Source: Octopus bimaculoides (lineage: Eukaryota). From it: DNA of 63,428 nucleotides. The notes below the pieces were generated by a model. It worked only from the letters and a program-made list of their open reading frames with translations. It did no database searches and was not told the DNA's origin. This document shows positions 10,841-23,712 of the stretch, one piece after another. Numbering within the stretch: the stretch's first letter is position 1; every line of letters begins with the position of its first letter. The stretch is from positions 36,972,879 through 37,036,306 of the forward strand of contig NC_068999.1 in NCBI RefSeq assembly GCF_001194135.2, written 5' to 3'. The position numbers were made by a program, and so were the translations under genes.

Positions 10841-12539
10841 TAATAAGAAAAGATGAAGACTAAAGAAATATTTTGAGTTCATTTATTAGCAACATTAGAT
10901 GGAAAATGTTCAGTGAGAAGNNNNNNNNNNNNNNNNNNNNNNNNNNNNNNNNNNNNNNNNNNNNNNNNNNNNNNNNNNNNNNNNNNNNNNNNNNNNNNNN
11001 NNNNNNNNNNNNNNNNNNNNNNNNNNNNNNNNNNNNNNNNNNNNNNNNNNNNNNNNNNNNNNNNNNNNNNNNNNNNNNNNNNNNNNNNNNNNNNNNNNNN
11101 NNNNNNNNNNNNNNNNNNNNNNNNNNNNNNNNNNNNNNNNNNNNNNNNNNNNNNNNNNNNNNNNNNNNNNNNNNNNNNNNNNNNNNNNNNNNNNNNNNNN
11201 NNNNNNNNNNNNNNNNNNNNNNNNNNNNNNNNNNNNNNNNNNNNNNNNNNNNNNNNNNNNNNNNNNNNNNNNNNNNNNNNNNNNNNNNNNNNNNNNNNNN
11301 NNNNNNNNNNNNNNNNNNNNNNNNNNNNNNNNNNNNNNNNNNNNNNNNNNNNNNNNNNNNNNNNNNNNNNNNNNNNNNNNNNNNNNNNNNNNNNNNNNNN
11401 NNNNNNNNNNNNNNNNNNNNNNNNNNNNNNNNNNNNNNNNNNNNNNNNNNNNNNNNNNNNNNNNNNNNNNNNNNNNNNNNNNNNNNNNNNCCCTTAAATT
11501 AAAAAAATTTTTTTTTTTTTTTTGCATAATTGTACAAATTCCCATGTGTAGAACAAAAATTCACAAAAATTTTCTGAAAATTCCAAGAAATAAGAGTTAT
11601 TAGTGGATGAAATACCTCTAAGCATTTTGCCCAGTGTGCTAACGATTCTGCCAGCTCACTGCCATAATAAGAAAAGATGAGTTATTAGGTGTTATAGGTG
11701 GTGCTTGAAACCAGAATTTTGCCTTCTATCGATTTTGGAAGAATGAAAGGAGGAAGACAGCAGAAAATGAAAAAAAAAAACATTGATGTACATACCACGG
11801 AAGACGGTGTCAAAACAGGAACAAGTGCAGCCAGAACGATCAACAGGAGCTTTATCTGGTACCCAGATTAATTTGTAGAAGACAGCTGTGAAAATATTAG
11901 GATAATTAAGAAGATGAAAGGTTTAACTGTGATAGTTGGGAAGAAAGGTAGAAAATGGTTATTTGAGGTTTAAAACTCTTGGAATCATCAAATATACTGA
12001 ACACAGGCATGGCTTTGGAAGTGCAGGAATGGTTGTGTAGTTAAGTGTTTGCTTCCTGACAACATAGTTTCAGAGTCAGTCTCACTGCATCTCACCTTGG
12101 GCAACTGTCCTCTACAATAGCTTCAGGCCAACTAAAGCCTTGTTAGTGGATTTGACAGGCAGAAACTGAAAGAAGCCCATCATGTATGTGTGTGTGTCCC
12201 CGTGTCCTTGTCTTCACATTACATGATAGTTATAAATGATTGGCATGTTATACAAGCAGTGTCATTCATTTTCAATATTGTGAAAACATGTCTGGCCATG
12301 AGGGAAATATTACCTTACTTGAAACCTCCGACAATCTTTCTTGCCAACCTCTGAAAACCTCTCTCGCCAACCTCCAATAATCTCTCCCTCCTCCAGCTGA
12401 CAGTCTTTTTAAATACTTTTCCATGGCAGGAAATACACCTTCTGCGGCAGTTATAACGAAATTGCTTTCTTATATCAGAATAAAGCGTTTCAACAGAACG
12501 TCTTTATCCCCAGGAATTACCGGGTACACCAGCTTGTAT

Positions 12540-12572
<33 letters not shown>

Positions 12573-12731
12573 NNNNNNNNNNNNNNNNNNNNNNNNNNNN
12601 NNNNNNNNNNNNNNNNNNNNNNNNNNNNNNNNNNNNNNNNNNNNNNNNNNNNNNNNNNNNNNNNNNNNNNNNNNNNNNNNNNATATATACCAATATATAT
12701 ATAAACACTCCGTATAGATACATATATATAC

Positions 12732-12766
<35 letters not shown>

Positions 12767-13099
12767 CATAAACATATATATATATATAAACACTGTCTCT
12801 CTTTCTCTTCCCCTCCTCTACCTCCCTCTGTCTCGCCAACACTCCACACCTCCCTCTCTTTCCTCATATCACCCTCTCTCTTGCCTTCATATCTCCCTCT
12901 CTCTTGCCTTCATATCTCCCTCTCTTTCCCTATTCCCCCCTCTGTGTTTCTTCTTTTCTACCTCCCTCTATCTCTCACTTCCTCTCTTTCCTCTACTCCC
13001 CCTCTGGGCTTAAAAAACGAAGATGGCACCAAAGTGGGAGAAGAAAGAATTGAATCTTCTGTTGTGAGCATAGATGATTGCTAGCAGTAATCCGGTAAA

Positions 13100-14010
13100 C
13101 AACATCATCATTGAATGACCAGTTCAAAAGTGTCTTAACCACCCCATTGGAAACCAGACAAGTCAATGAACCAGTGGACTTCTTTGCCGCCTCACTAGCA
13201 AGGCAATCATGATGGAATACATCGACATTAGCGAAGATGATATACTACTAGCCATAGATGAGGTGGACGCAAACTAAACTGCTGGTCCTAATGGTTTCCC
13301 AACAACCCTCCCCAAATCATGTGAGCATGCCCTGGCAAAACCCCTCCAGAGCTTTCTTGCAAATGGCAGACTGCCAAGCAAGCTGAAGGAGGGAATAATA
13401 ATGCCCAATCCATAAAGGGGGAAGCAGAGCAGATACCAAAGACACATCAGCAAAGTCATGGAACAGATAGTCAGAGGGAAACTAATCACATTCCTTGAAG
13501 GAAATAACTTGCAGAGTGATACCCAGCATGGCTTTTGACCAGGTAGGAGCTGCCTGACCCAAATCTTACAACATTATGACTGGGTGTTGAGACAATTACT
13601 TAACCACTCAAGTGTGGATGTAGTATACCTTGATTTTGCAAAAGCTTTTGACAAAGTGGATCATGTATGATATGCCACAAACTGCGTGATCTCAGCATAG
13701 CTGGAAAACTTGGAGAGTGGTTACATGACTTTCTGAAAGATAGAAGACAGGCAGTAGTGGCCAATGGAGCCACCTCAATGAAAACACAAATAGTGAGTGG
13801 CATTCCACAGGGCACTATCTTGGGACCACTGTTTTTCATAGTGGCCCTCTCAGATATGCTCTCAACTGCCCAGATAGCCACCCTTGCTAGCTATGCAGAG
13901 GATACGAAAGTCTCGCAGAAAATACAGAACCCCAGCGATGTTGCACATCTGCAGCAGGAGTTGGACTCAATTTACAGATAGGCTGAGGATAATAATATGC
14001 AACTTAATGA
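13100..14010 (+). mobile_element. CR1/Jockey-group LINE reverse transcriptase fragment (decayed)
   Basis: YLDFAKAFDKVDH, GIPQGTILGPLFF and YAEDTK (degenerate YADD) motifs with stops and frameshifts. The RT breaks off at ~14010. Confidence 0.85.
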
Positions 14011-14016
14011 TCTTTT

Positions 14017-14067
14017 CAGGGTTAGGGTTTTAGGGTTATGGTTAGGAGGTTAGGGTTAGGGTTAGGG
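14017..14067 (+). repeat. Interstitial telomeric-type repeat (TTAGGG)n running into a gap
   Basis: tcagggttagggttttagggttatggttaggaggttagggttagggttaggg, followed by N. Confidence 0.8.
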
Positions 14068-15079
14068 NNNNNNNNNNNNNNNNNNNNNNNNNNNNNNNNN
14101 NNNNNNNNNNNNNNNNNNNNNNNNNNNNNNNNNNNNNNNNNNNNNNNNNNNNNNNNNNNNNNNNNNNNNNNNNNNNNNNNNNNNNNNNNNNNNNNNNNNN
14201 NNNNNNNNNNNNNNNNNNNNNNNNNNNNNNNNNNNNNNNNNNNNNNNNNNNNNNNNNNNNNNNNNNNNNNNNNNNNNNNNNNNNNNNNNNNNNNNNAATG
14301 AATCAGGGACCGGGGGTCCCCCCATTCGTCCCTCCCCCTCTCCCGAACCAAAAAATAAGGGATTTGCAGCATATTAGGAGGCCAGGGTACTTGATTCCAC
14401 GCAAAAAATCCGAGGGTTTTTTTTTTTAGTGAAATACGCGCGGTTGTTACTCTGAAAATTTACCGAAGTTTTATAGAGTAATCTCCCTTTAATAATTTTC
14501 TGGGAAGATTCTACTTCATGAGATGTAATTTTTTTATTATTCAAGAAGCTTCGCGTTTTTTTTTTTCTTAGTGAAAATCGTGCGTGTGTTACTCTGAAAA
14601 ATTACCAAAACTTCTTGCAAGATAGATCATTCAACTATTTTAGCTACAGACCACAGACTACTACACTTATCTTATATTCTATTAACTTTGCAACTTTTTA
14701 AGCATAAAAATCTTCCAGAACAGTCAAACATCCATAGAGATACAGGAAAAATAATTTTGAGGTACAAAAATCTTATTTACTTATTGTTATTAATGTTTAT
14801 CAGAAAAAATCAGCATTCATCGAATGAAAATGAAAATGTTGTTGAGAGAGAGATAGAAAGCGAGAGAAATAGAGAGAGTGTGTGCACGCGCGTCTGTAGA
14901 TAGAGAGAGACAGGCAGAGTTCATCAATAAAATGAAAAGGTTTTTGTTGAGAGAAAGAGGGCGAGAGGCGTTTTTTGATACCACTCCCTCTCTCATTGTT
15001 ATTACCACTTTGTCGCTTCCCTTTTTTTACTCTTACTTACACTCACTGCTACTCCCTTACAAGTTCATTATTATAATGT

Positions 15080-15400
15080 TGTTGGCACTCCGTCGCTTAC
15101 GACGACGAGGGTTCCATTTGATCCGATCAACGGAACAGCCTGCTCGTGAAATTAACGTGCAAGTGGCTGAGCACTCCACAGACACGTGTACCCTTAACGT
15201 AGTTCTCGGAGATATTCAGCGTGACACAGTGTGACAAGGCTGACCCTTTGAATTACAGGCACAACAGAAACAGGACGTAAAAGTGAGAGAAAGTTGTGGT
15301 GAAAGAGTATAGCAGGGTTCGCCACCATTCACCTGCCGGAGCCTCGTGGAGCTCTTAGATGTTTTCGCTCAATGAACACTCACAACGCCCTGGGCCATTG
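15080..15400 (-). mobile_element. SINE family E
   Basis: The reverse complement of 15330-15400 matches the sequence following the tRNA-like head at 38868-38985. (AAT)n-like tail. Confidence 0.75.
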
Positions 15401-15652
15401 CGCCTCCACACATTTGAGATACACGTGTATATAGTTTAATCAATTCAGTTATTAGTTATTTTTTTAATGTTTTCAGTTTATTTTGTTTGTGGAAGTATTT
15501 TCGTTTTGTTTTAACATACAGCCATAGAAATCATGCCAAACGAGATTGGAACCTGGTGTAGCTCCCCGGCTCACCAGTTTCTGGTCAAACCATCTAACCC
15601 ATGCCTGCATGGACAAATGGATGTTAAATGAAGATGATGATGATAATGATGA

Positions 15653-15710
<58 letters not shown>

Positions 15711-16687
15711 CATACAATAGGCTTCTTTCAGTTTCAGTCTACCAAATCCAATCATAAGGCTTTGGTAAACTCAAAGCTAAAGAGGAAGACACTTGTCCAA
15801 GGTGCCACACAGTGAGACTGAACCTGAAACCATGTGGTTGAGAAGTAAACTTTTTACCACATAGCTAATAACTGAATTTCTCAAAGAAACCATTAAAATA
15901 TTTGAAGAAAATAAGGGAATAAATTTCATGCCAGCAAGTTAAGCTGAAATGAGTAGACTGATATCTGAAACATTATTAACATAAATTATATCCAGTTTCT
16001 ATGTTGGCAGTCCAAACAGTTCATAACTGGAGTTACTGCCTCTGAGATGCCTTCTTATACATTTCAGTTTTCATGGCTGAATGCACTTCCTAAAATTAAC
16101 TACTCTACAGAAAATGCACTTAGCATAGAGTGTCCTAGATGTATTTTTCCATGGCACCAGCAATGGTGAAGTTGCCTTACACCCAGCAGGCTAAAGACTC
16201 CTCAGTATTACTCTACAGTACTACTGTTCATTTAAGGTAGCAGATTACAAAGGGAATAGAAAAGCAATGACTGGAGAGCTAGTGGAAGTGAAAGCTAGAT
16301 GAGGTGGTAATGGAAGATAGACAGTATTGGCAGCTACATGTTTGTTGAGCTGAGAGAAAGATTGAATAATGGATACTAATGTGTATGTATATATATATAT
16401 ATAGATATGAGTTATTTAGACATTAACAAATTTATTAGAATATTTAGCTGAAGATCAGAATAGAGTATTCTTTACTCTTAACTGTGAAACGATCGTACTA
16501 AATTAACTAAAGGCAGGTGGTTTTTTTACTCTTCTCTACTGTTTTTTGTTCTGTGTGTATCAAAAATATCGCTATCAATCTGGAGTAATAATTTGTAGTT
16601 TTGAAATCAGTAGTTCTTTGACTGCTATTTCTGAATTCTCAGTATGTTGGAGAAGCAGGTTACTGTCAATCCCTATATATTTATGAT

Positions 16688-16721
<34 letters not shown>

Positions 16722-17961
16722 AGAGAAAATTGGTATGTGAAAGCATGTGGTTGGATGTATAAAAGATAAACAAGAGTGAAAAAACTACAGAAGGTTTGTG
16801 TTACATGGTTAAAGTATATATTTAAAATATGTCAGAAAAATGTTATAAAATTTTTTTGGTATATAACCATTGTATTTGGAGAAATAACCGGTTTTGTGTT
16901 GTCTTTTCAAATTTCTCCCCAAGAGCGTAGACATGTTACCATGAAGTAGAGAAATTTCCTAGTTTCTATCACTGCTATCATTTTAATCTTGATTTCAAAA
17001 TGCTTGTATGGGTGGACAAGTCTTTTCCAGCGTTATATGTCGCAAACTGACAGTCTTCTGTCATCTCATTTGTAAGGTATGACATCTTGAAACCAATTTA
17101 TCCCATGTTATCCTCTTTCACAAGTTACATCCACTTTAAGTGACTTGCACTTCTTTATACAACTATCATTGTATATTCACAAAATAAGCTCATACTTGTA
17201 CAGTCTTCTTTCTTGCACATTATATATAATGCTGTTATGTCCCACTTTGCAATCACTCAATTACAGAGTGAGAAACCTTGTAAAAGAAGTTCTTTCAGTT
17301 GATAAATGTTAGGTACTGTGGCTAATTCCTAGCAGTGAACCATGGACTCTTACAAAGAAATTATCAAACAGGATAGATGACTGTTATACAAGGATGCTAC
17401 AAATGGCCTTAAATGGAAAATGGCAGCAAAGTATAACAAATGAATGCCTTTATAGAGACCTGCCAAAAGTTAACAAGATCAGGCAAAGACAATTGTGACT
17501 ATCTGGTCACTGTGAGTACCACCATGAATTAGAAGCATCCAAATTAGTCTGGTGGAACCCACTTCATGGTGATGTAAGAAGAGGAATACATCATCACACT
17601 TACATCAACAACTTGATTGCAGACACTGGCCTGGAATGTATCCAGGACCTTCAAGAAGTGATGTTGAACTGAGAAGTGTAGTGGGTGAACTTTGTTGCTG
17701 CAGCCCGGGTTGGAATATAGCTATGAAAAAAAAAAAATCCCACTTTTCTCTCACATCATCTGTACAGCTCCAAGAACTACATTATCAGCATATTGAAGTT
17801 ATCTTAGACAGGTGTTATCGAACTCCTTTGCTATGCCTTAGAGGGGTATACTAAAAAGAAGGCTGAGGACTGGTCCTTGGTAGATCCTACTCGCAGGCCA
17901 AATTCATTTTGATAATTCTCACTTTGCTAACTGAACACCTCAGTTATACAAGCCATTCATT

Positions 17962-18717
17962 TACCCCTCGTTTCCTTTGCAATCACTAGATTATGGAGTA
18001 TGAAACCTTGTAAAAGGCCTTCTTTCGGTTAACAAATGCTAGGCACTGTGGTTAATTCTTAGCTAAGTATGTCTCCTGTAGTTGTCTCACTCGGAAGAGG
18101 TCATTGGTAATACCTCTTCTTGACACAAAATCAAACTGCATCTCATACAGCCTGATTCACTTGTGAACTCTTCCAATAACTTTCAAAACCTGGTCCATCA
18201 ACACAATGCCTCTGTCATTTCCTCTCTCTAATTGCATCTCTTTTGCCCTTGTAATAGTTTATGAGTATACTGCTATACAAGTCATTGGGTTAGATTCTTT
18301 TCTGTACTACCTAATTGACTATGCATGTAACTAGTGCATGACCTACCTAGCAAGTATTTTCAACATCTTAGTGACCGCTTGACAGTTCAGCTGCTTTATT
18401 TGAATGAAAATCAACAGTTAAGTAGGGAGGAGTTGAAATATTTAATTCGGGGAATCAAATAATTTAATAAGATACACTAGTACTAAGGAAAACATCAAAC
18501 CACCACCCCCATATAAAAAAAACAGACATGTTTCAGTCTTATTAGACCTCCTCAGCTAAGCATACATTTCATTGTACTTGCTAAAAGAGTGAATAGAGTA
18601 CAGGAGACATACTCAGCTAAGAATTAACCACAGTGCCTAGCATTTGTTAACCGAAAGAAGGCCTTTTACAAGGTTTCATACTCCATAATCTAATGATTGC
18701 AAAGGAAACGAGGGGTA
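17962..18717. repeat. 119-bp near-perfect inverted repeat with ~520-bp spacer (foldback/MITE-like)
   Basis: 17962-18080 versus the reverse complement of 18599-18717 differ at only ~2 positions, with TA at the ends of both arms. An older diverged copy of the arm lies at ~17240-17335. Confidence 0.85.
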
Positions 18718-19096
18718 GTGTTGTAATAATCAATAAGCAGGATTACAGTATTGTAATATGTGTAGGCAAGGGAGAAGTAACACAGTTTCATTAACAACAA
18801 AAATCATGGCTGTGTGGTAGCTTGACTTGCTAGAAATAGCAACCAAATCTCCCTCATATCATATTGTAACCTTAAAAAAGAAAGAAGAAAGTAAACCTAC
18901 CAACCTAAGCTGGCATGGAAAATGAACATTAAATGAACAAACGTTGGACAATGTAGTCTTAGATATACAAAGAAGTTGAGATGGTCATAGCTGGAACAAC
19001 TGATAATAAATCCACACAATCAGGGTTGTATTGAGGGATCTACAACACAAAACATATAAATATACACAAGCATAAATATGTTTAGAAGGGACTCAC

Positions 19097-19295
19097 CAAT
19101 ATGTAGAAAAGGGATCAGAATTATAAATATTACTGCAAATATGAAAGGAAGAGCTTTCTTTTTTATTCCATCAAAAGGAGGACAACCTTGGTAATGAAGC
19201 TTTGTAAGGCGCCGTTCCACATAGTCTTGGAATCGGTTGTTCAAGGAAGAGGTTTTGTGATTTGACAGGTTATACATCTTCTCGTAAAGGTACTT
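19097..19295 (-). CDS. Internal coding exon of the uncharacterised membrane protein (first TM helix)
   Basis: TTTCAG acceptor (19296-97) and GTGAGT donor (19096). 199 nt, phase 0 to 1: KYLYEKMYNLSNHKTSSLNNRFQDYVERRLTKLHYQGCPPFDGIKKKALPFIFAVIFIILIPFLHI-G, in phase with the 10360 exon. Confidence 0.8.
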
Positions 19296-19899
19296 CTGAA
19301 ATTTGAAAAAATGTAAATATATCCATGTGTACGAGAGAGATACATGTATGTGAGAGGGAATGATGGAATGAGAGAAGAGAGAGAGAGAGAGAGCAAAGGA
19401 GATTGAGAAGAGAGAGAACGAAGGAGAGGGAGAGAGAAAAGAAAGCTGGGTATTCACCCTTTAGCATTCAAATTTCTTTGTCAAATATATTGCTTGTTTA
19501 TTCACATTGTTTATTCACATCATGCATTATCTTATAGCTTTGAGATTTAGATGTGACTGTTCATCTTTACAATGAGATTTTAGGATCTGTGTAAGAGGCA
19601 GAATCTGGCTGGTTTGAATATAAAATTGGTAGAATATTTGGGCCGGATGTGGCTGGTTTAAATTCTAAAGAGTTAAAGGAATCTGTTAAAGCGTATAGGA
19701 AAGGTGAATGTGCATCATACGGACATAAGATATGCCATGTTGCTAGGTGGGTGGATAGTGAACCATGCTGTGTGGTAGGTGGATAATGTACCGTGTTATT
19801 GGGTACATGATGGGCTATGTTGTTGAGTGACTCCTTTATGTCTGTCCACCACAAATATTGGAATTGTAAAACCACTAGAAATGGGGGGGGGGGGGGGGA

Positions 19900-21329
19900 G
19901 GAATTTTAAGTTAAAGTGTATCATGCACACAACCCCCATGCCTTGAAGAACATACCCAATGTATCTCTGTTTGTTATATGGATGGCTAATTCAAAAGCAT
20001 GGGTTACTGTTGTTGTTTTTGAGGATTGGTTCTTCAATCATTTTATACTAGAAGCAGAGAAGTACTGTAAAGAGAAGGGGATTCTTTTTAAGGTTTTACT
20101 TAACTTATACAAGGCTCCTGGCCACCCACAAAAGACCATAGATTTTGACCGCCATATACCTCCCACCAAACACCACGCCCTTTCTGCAGCCAATGGATCA
20201 GGGAATAATTGCTATCTTCAAGCGTTACTAGATGAAGCATACACTACGACAAGCAATAGCAGCAACTGATCTTGATGAGTTCATCACACTTCATGACTTT
20301 TGAAAGAAATACGGTATCTACAAGGCTTTATAGAACATAGCAACAGCATGGAATGATGTACAGAGGACAGCTACGAATGGTGTATGGAAGAAGTTGTACC
20401 CTCAATTCGTGAATGATTTTAAGGGGTTTGATAATGTTGCCATTAACAAAATGTTGGCGACTACGAGCAAAGAACTGGAAATAGATTTGGAGGATTTTAC
20501 AGATTTATTTGAAAAATACAAGCAGCCCTTGACGAACGAGGATTTGATAGAGCTTCACGGGCAGCAAAATAAAGATAAAGAAGAAGAAGAAGCTGAACCT
20601 GAGCCACGTGACTTTACCATTAGGAAAATGCAGCAAGCATTTGCATATATCGAAAAAAGTCTTTCTATGTTCAAGGATATGGATCCAAATGCTTAACGCT
20701 TTCCAAGATTATAGGGGCTTGTCATGAAGCTTTTGCTCCTTATAATTGTAATCCTCGAGGAAAAGAAGACATTTCAAGGAACACTCAACCGGTTTTTTTA
20801 AATGCATCGAACAAGAACAGCCAGAGCCAGCCGTTGATGTTGACGATTCAGTCACCTACATCCACGATGTAAACCACCAAATTGTATGTACGTATTGGTA
20901 AATTTAAAATAATTTAGTTCTTTTTTTTTTGTTTGTTTTACTATTGCAAAATAATAATAATTACCGAATTTGTTTTTTAAGCTTAAAAACAGCTTTTTTT
21001 CTTTTTTTACCATGTTTTGTCACAAATCACATTCACAAATAAAGCATCCGCGATGTACGGTAAACACCGCCAAATTGTATTCATAAATTTAGATGACTTT
21101 GTTTTTACTGTACTGGATTAAAAAATAAAAATTGTTTGCAAGCTTAAAATAGGTTTTTATTAACCATGTATTATTGAAAATGTATTCATAAAGTACAGAG
21201 CTCGGAATGGTTATTATCGGTTTAGCCTAGAGACAAGTAAATTCGGCCTAGCCTAGCCTAGAGACAAGTTAATTCGGTTTAAGTAGTGTCTCCTGGAATC
21301 AATTAACGACGTAGGGTGATGTATGCCTG
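19900..21329 (+). mobile_element. Tigger/pogo DNA transposon, 5'-truncated and decayed
   Basis: TIGD1/Tigger-like peptides SKAWVTVVVFEDWFFNHF, APGHP and LQPMDQGIIAIFKRY. The right TIR ..GTATGCCTG ends at 21329, followed by TA. Confidence 0.85.
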
Positions 21330-22214
21330 TACAGGCCTACTTTATGAGCAATGGTCTGGAACTAAGGAACTAAATAACTAACACACACACACGAACAGGC
21401 CTTCACTCAACAATGCAGGCAAGATCACTAGCTGTCTTATCAACAATACGGACACATAGCGTGTAATGATTGTAGAATGAGGAAACGAACAGGAACTTCT
21501 TCAATAAAAAAAAAAATTTCTTTACAACCTTTTCTACTCTAGGCACAAGGCCCAAAATTTTGAGGGAGGGGATCAGTCAATTAAATCGACCCCAGTATGC
21601 AACTGGTACTTAATTTATCAATCCCGAAAGTATGAAAGGCAAAGTCGACCTTGGCGGAATTTGAACTCAGAAATACGAAATACCGCTAAGCATTTCGCCC
21701 GGCGTGCCAACATTTCTGTTAGCTCGCCGCCTTGTTTTCTTTACAACCTTGGCACCGAACAGACAGCGACCAGTCAAATAAACACTAAAACACCAAGAGA
21801 GAAAAAGATTAACGAAGAAATATAGCGGATGAAAATGGACAAGTTATTGTAGACAAGTAATGACAGGTAGAGAGAGATACCTGAAAACCTGATATTTCTC
21901 TTTGACAAAACCTAAGTAAAAATTGAAAATCCTATACTTACACACAAACTATTAAACCACATGCCTGTAATGTTTTGTTTTTGATGTTAAAATATAACAA
22001 AAGCCAGAGGAAGTAAAGTTGCTGGTGGATAAAAATGATAAATAATGTGTCGTAGGTGTTTGAGGAGAAGAGAAAGTTGACTGATTACGAGTTTGTCCTT
22101 GTTTATAGTTAAATCAAAGTCAATCCTGAACGAGCAGAACTATTAATAAAAGACGTATTTTCAGATATTGTATGTTTTAAATACTTTATATATATATATA
22201 TATATATATATCAC

Positions 22215-22383
22215 ATTTTCTAAGCAATAATGTTGATGGTTTTCAATGTATTTTTGAGAGCGAGAGGTACTAAGGAATGAATGCTTGTACAATTCACAGG
22301 TGTCTTTGTTTAAGACAGTAGGATGTAATTTTAGGCTGATACTTCCCGCAAGTTGAGCAAATACACAGAGACTCCTTGATAAA
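22215..22383 (-). CDS. Candidate upstream coding exon of the membrane-protein gene
   Basis: Open frame (L)SRSLCVFAQLAGSISLKLHPTVLNKDTCELYKHSFLSTSRSQKYIENHQHYCLEN. The GTGATA donor (22214) is phase 0, matching the 19295 exon. Two possible phase-2 acceptors (exon start 22383 or 22374). Splice signals are weak. Confidence 0.45.
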
Positions 22384-22490
22384 CTTGACACATTAAAAAA
22401 AGGTTTTTAATTAGTGAAGGCCAAGTTGGAAGAACGACTGCTGCAATTATAATATGGGGAGCATTTTATTCAAAATCCAAATTTGGATCA

Positions 22491-22702
22491 GATCTTGTTA
22501 AATTTCTTCCAATCACTAGAATTCAAATTTTCACCAGATTTTTTTTTTTTTTATTTAGAAAAACGTAGTCTTACACGTTGATGGCGAAAATCACATTAAT
22601 TTTGCTAGAAATTAATTACAAAGAAATTACAAGTCTGGAATAGTTGAAAATAATCTGGTGAAAATTTGAAATACTTCAACTTGTTGCAAATTTAACAAGA
22701 TC
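22491..22702. mobile_element. MITE-like inverted repeat
   Basis: gatcttgttaaattt..ttcaaattttcaccagatt pairs with aatctggtgaaaatttgaa..aaatttaacaagatc. Confidence 0.55.
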
Positions 22703-22939
22703 CCCAATTTCAAATCAGTGTTGAAGATGTCACATTTGAAATTAATGAGAGTGCATCGGAACAATTATTTAATTCAAGCAAAATATTGATTTCTAATATT
22801 AGCTCAAAATGGTAGTAGTGGTAGTGAAGAGAATATAGTCGTTTATTAAATCACTACAATACATGGTTAATGTTTTATTTTTTGAACATGGATGGATAAA
22901 GAGAAGGGGTTACTGACAGGGCCACATTTATAGAAGTAC

Positions 22940-23285
22940 AGAGGGGGCAATTGCCCTAGGCATCTAGTTATTGGCGGGTGGGGGATGCTAGGAAAGGAAT
23001 ATAGCACTCAATGTAGGAAGTCTCCATGCGCACCTCCCAGCAATTAAGCATGAAGTTCTCTTTCAATATACAAAGGTATCTTGACATCTCAAAAAATGTA
23101 ATTGATTCTCTTTTATTTGATGAATACCCATAGATTTTTGCCAGTTTAGAGACACCAAATAATTTAATTTAAAAAAAACACAGTTAATATACCCAGCCCC
23201 AAAGCACAGGGGAATTGTGGTTGCTTTTGGGACGACAGAGAAAAAGAAACAGAACATTCCTAAAATTGTATATGTATGCAATGTA
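22940..23285 (-). repeat. Unclassified dispersed repeat, copy 2
   Basis: Reverse complement of 735-1100. Confidence 0.8.
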
Positions 23286-23712
23286 TGGTAGCGAGGAGAA
23301 TATAGTCGGTTATTAAATTACATGCATGCATGAATGTGTATATTGACCCCCAGATGCTCAACTGGTACTTATTTTATCAACTCCGAAGGATGAAAGGCAA
23401 AGTTGACCTCAGCGGAATTTAAACTTAGAACGCGAAGACAGACAGAATACCTCTAAGCATTTTGCCCGGCATCCCGCCGTGCCACCTTAATAATGATAAT
23501 AATGTTTTCTCCTACAAGCACGAAGCCTGAAATTTTGTGGGATTAGGTTAGTCAATTACACCGACCCCAGTACTTAACTGGTACTTATTTTATTGACTTC
23601 GAAAAGGTGAAAGGCAAAGCCGACCTCGGAGGAATTTATAATAATAATAATAATAATAATAATATATGATTTCAAATTTTTGCCACAAGGGCAGCTTGGG
23701 TGAGGGGATGAG

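Noticed and set aside
10873-11545. Long ORFs spanning N gaps (also at 12.4-12.9k, 14.0-14.4k, 27.5-28.1k, 29.2-29.7k, 45.0-45.6k, 52.2-52.9k and 62.1-62.9k)
   Set aside because: Artefacts of translating Ns as X. Only the flanks recognised as Penelope RT and Tx1 ORF1 were kept.
10790-11680. Near-identical ~65-bp sequences on both sides of a gap (also 49400-49491, and 29200-29271 versus 30620-30690)
   Set aside because: Most likely unmerged contig overlaps, haplotype duplication or repeat-induced scaffolding rather than real tandem duplications. Long reads are needed to confirm.
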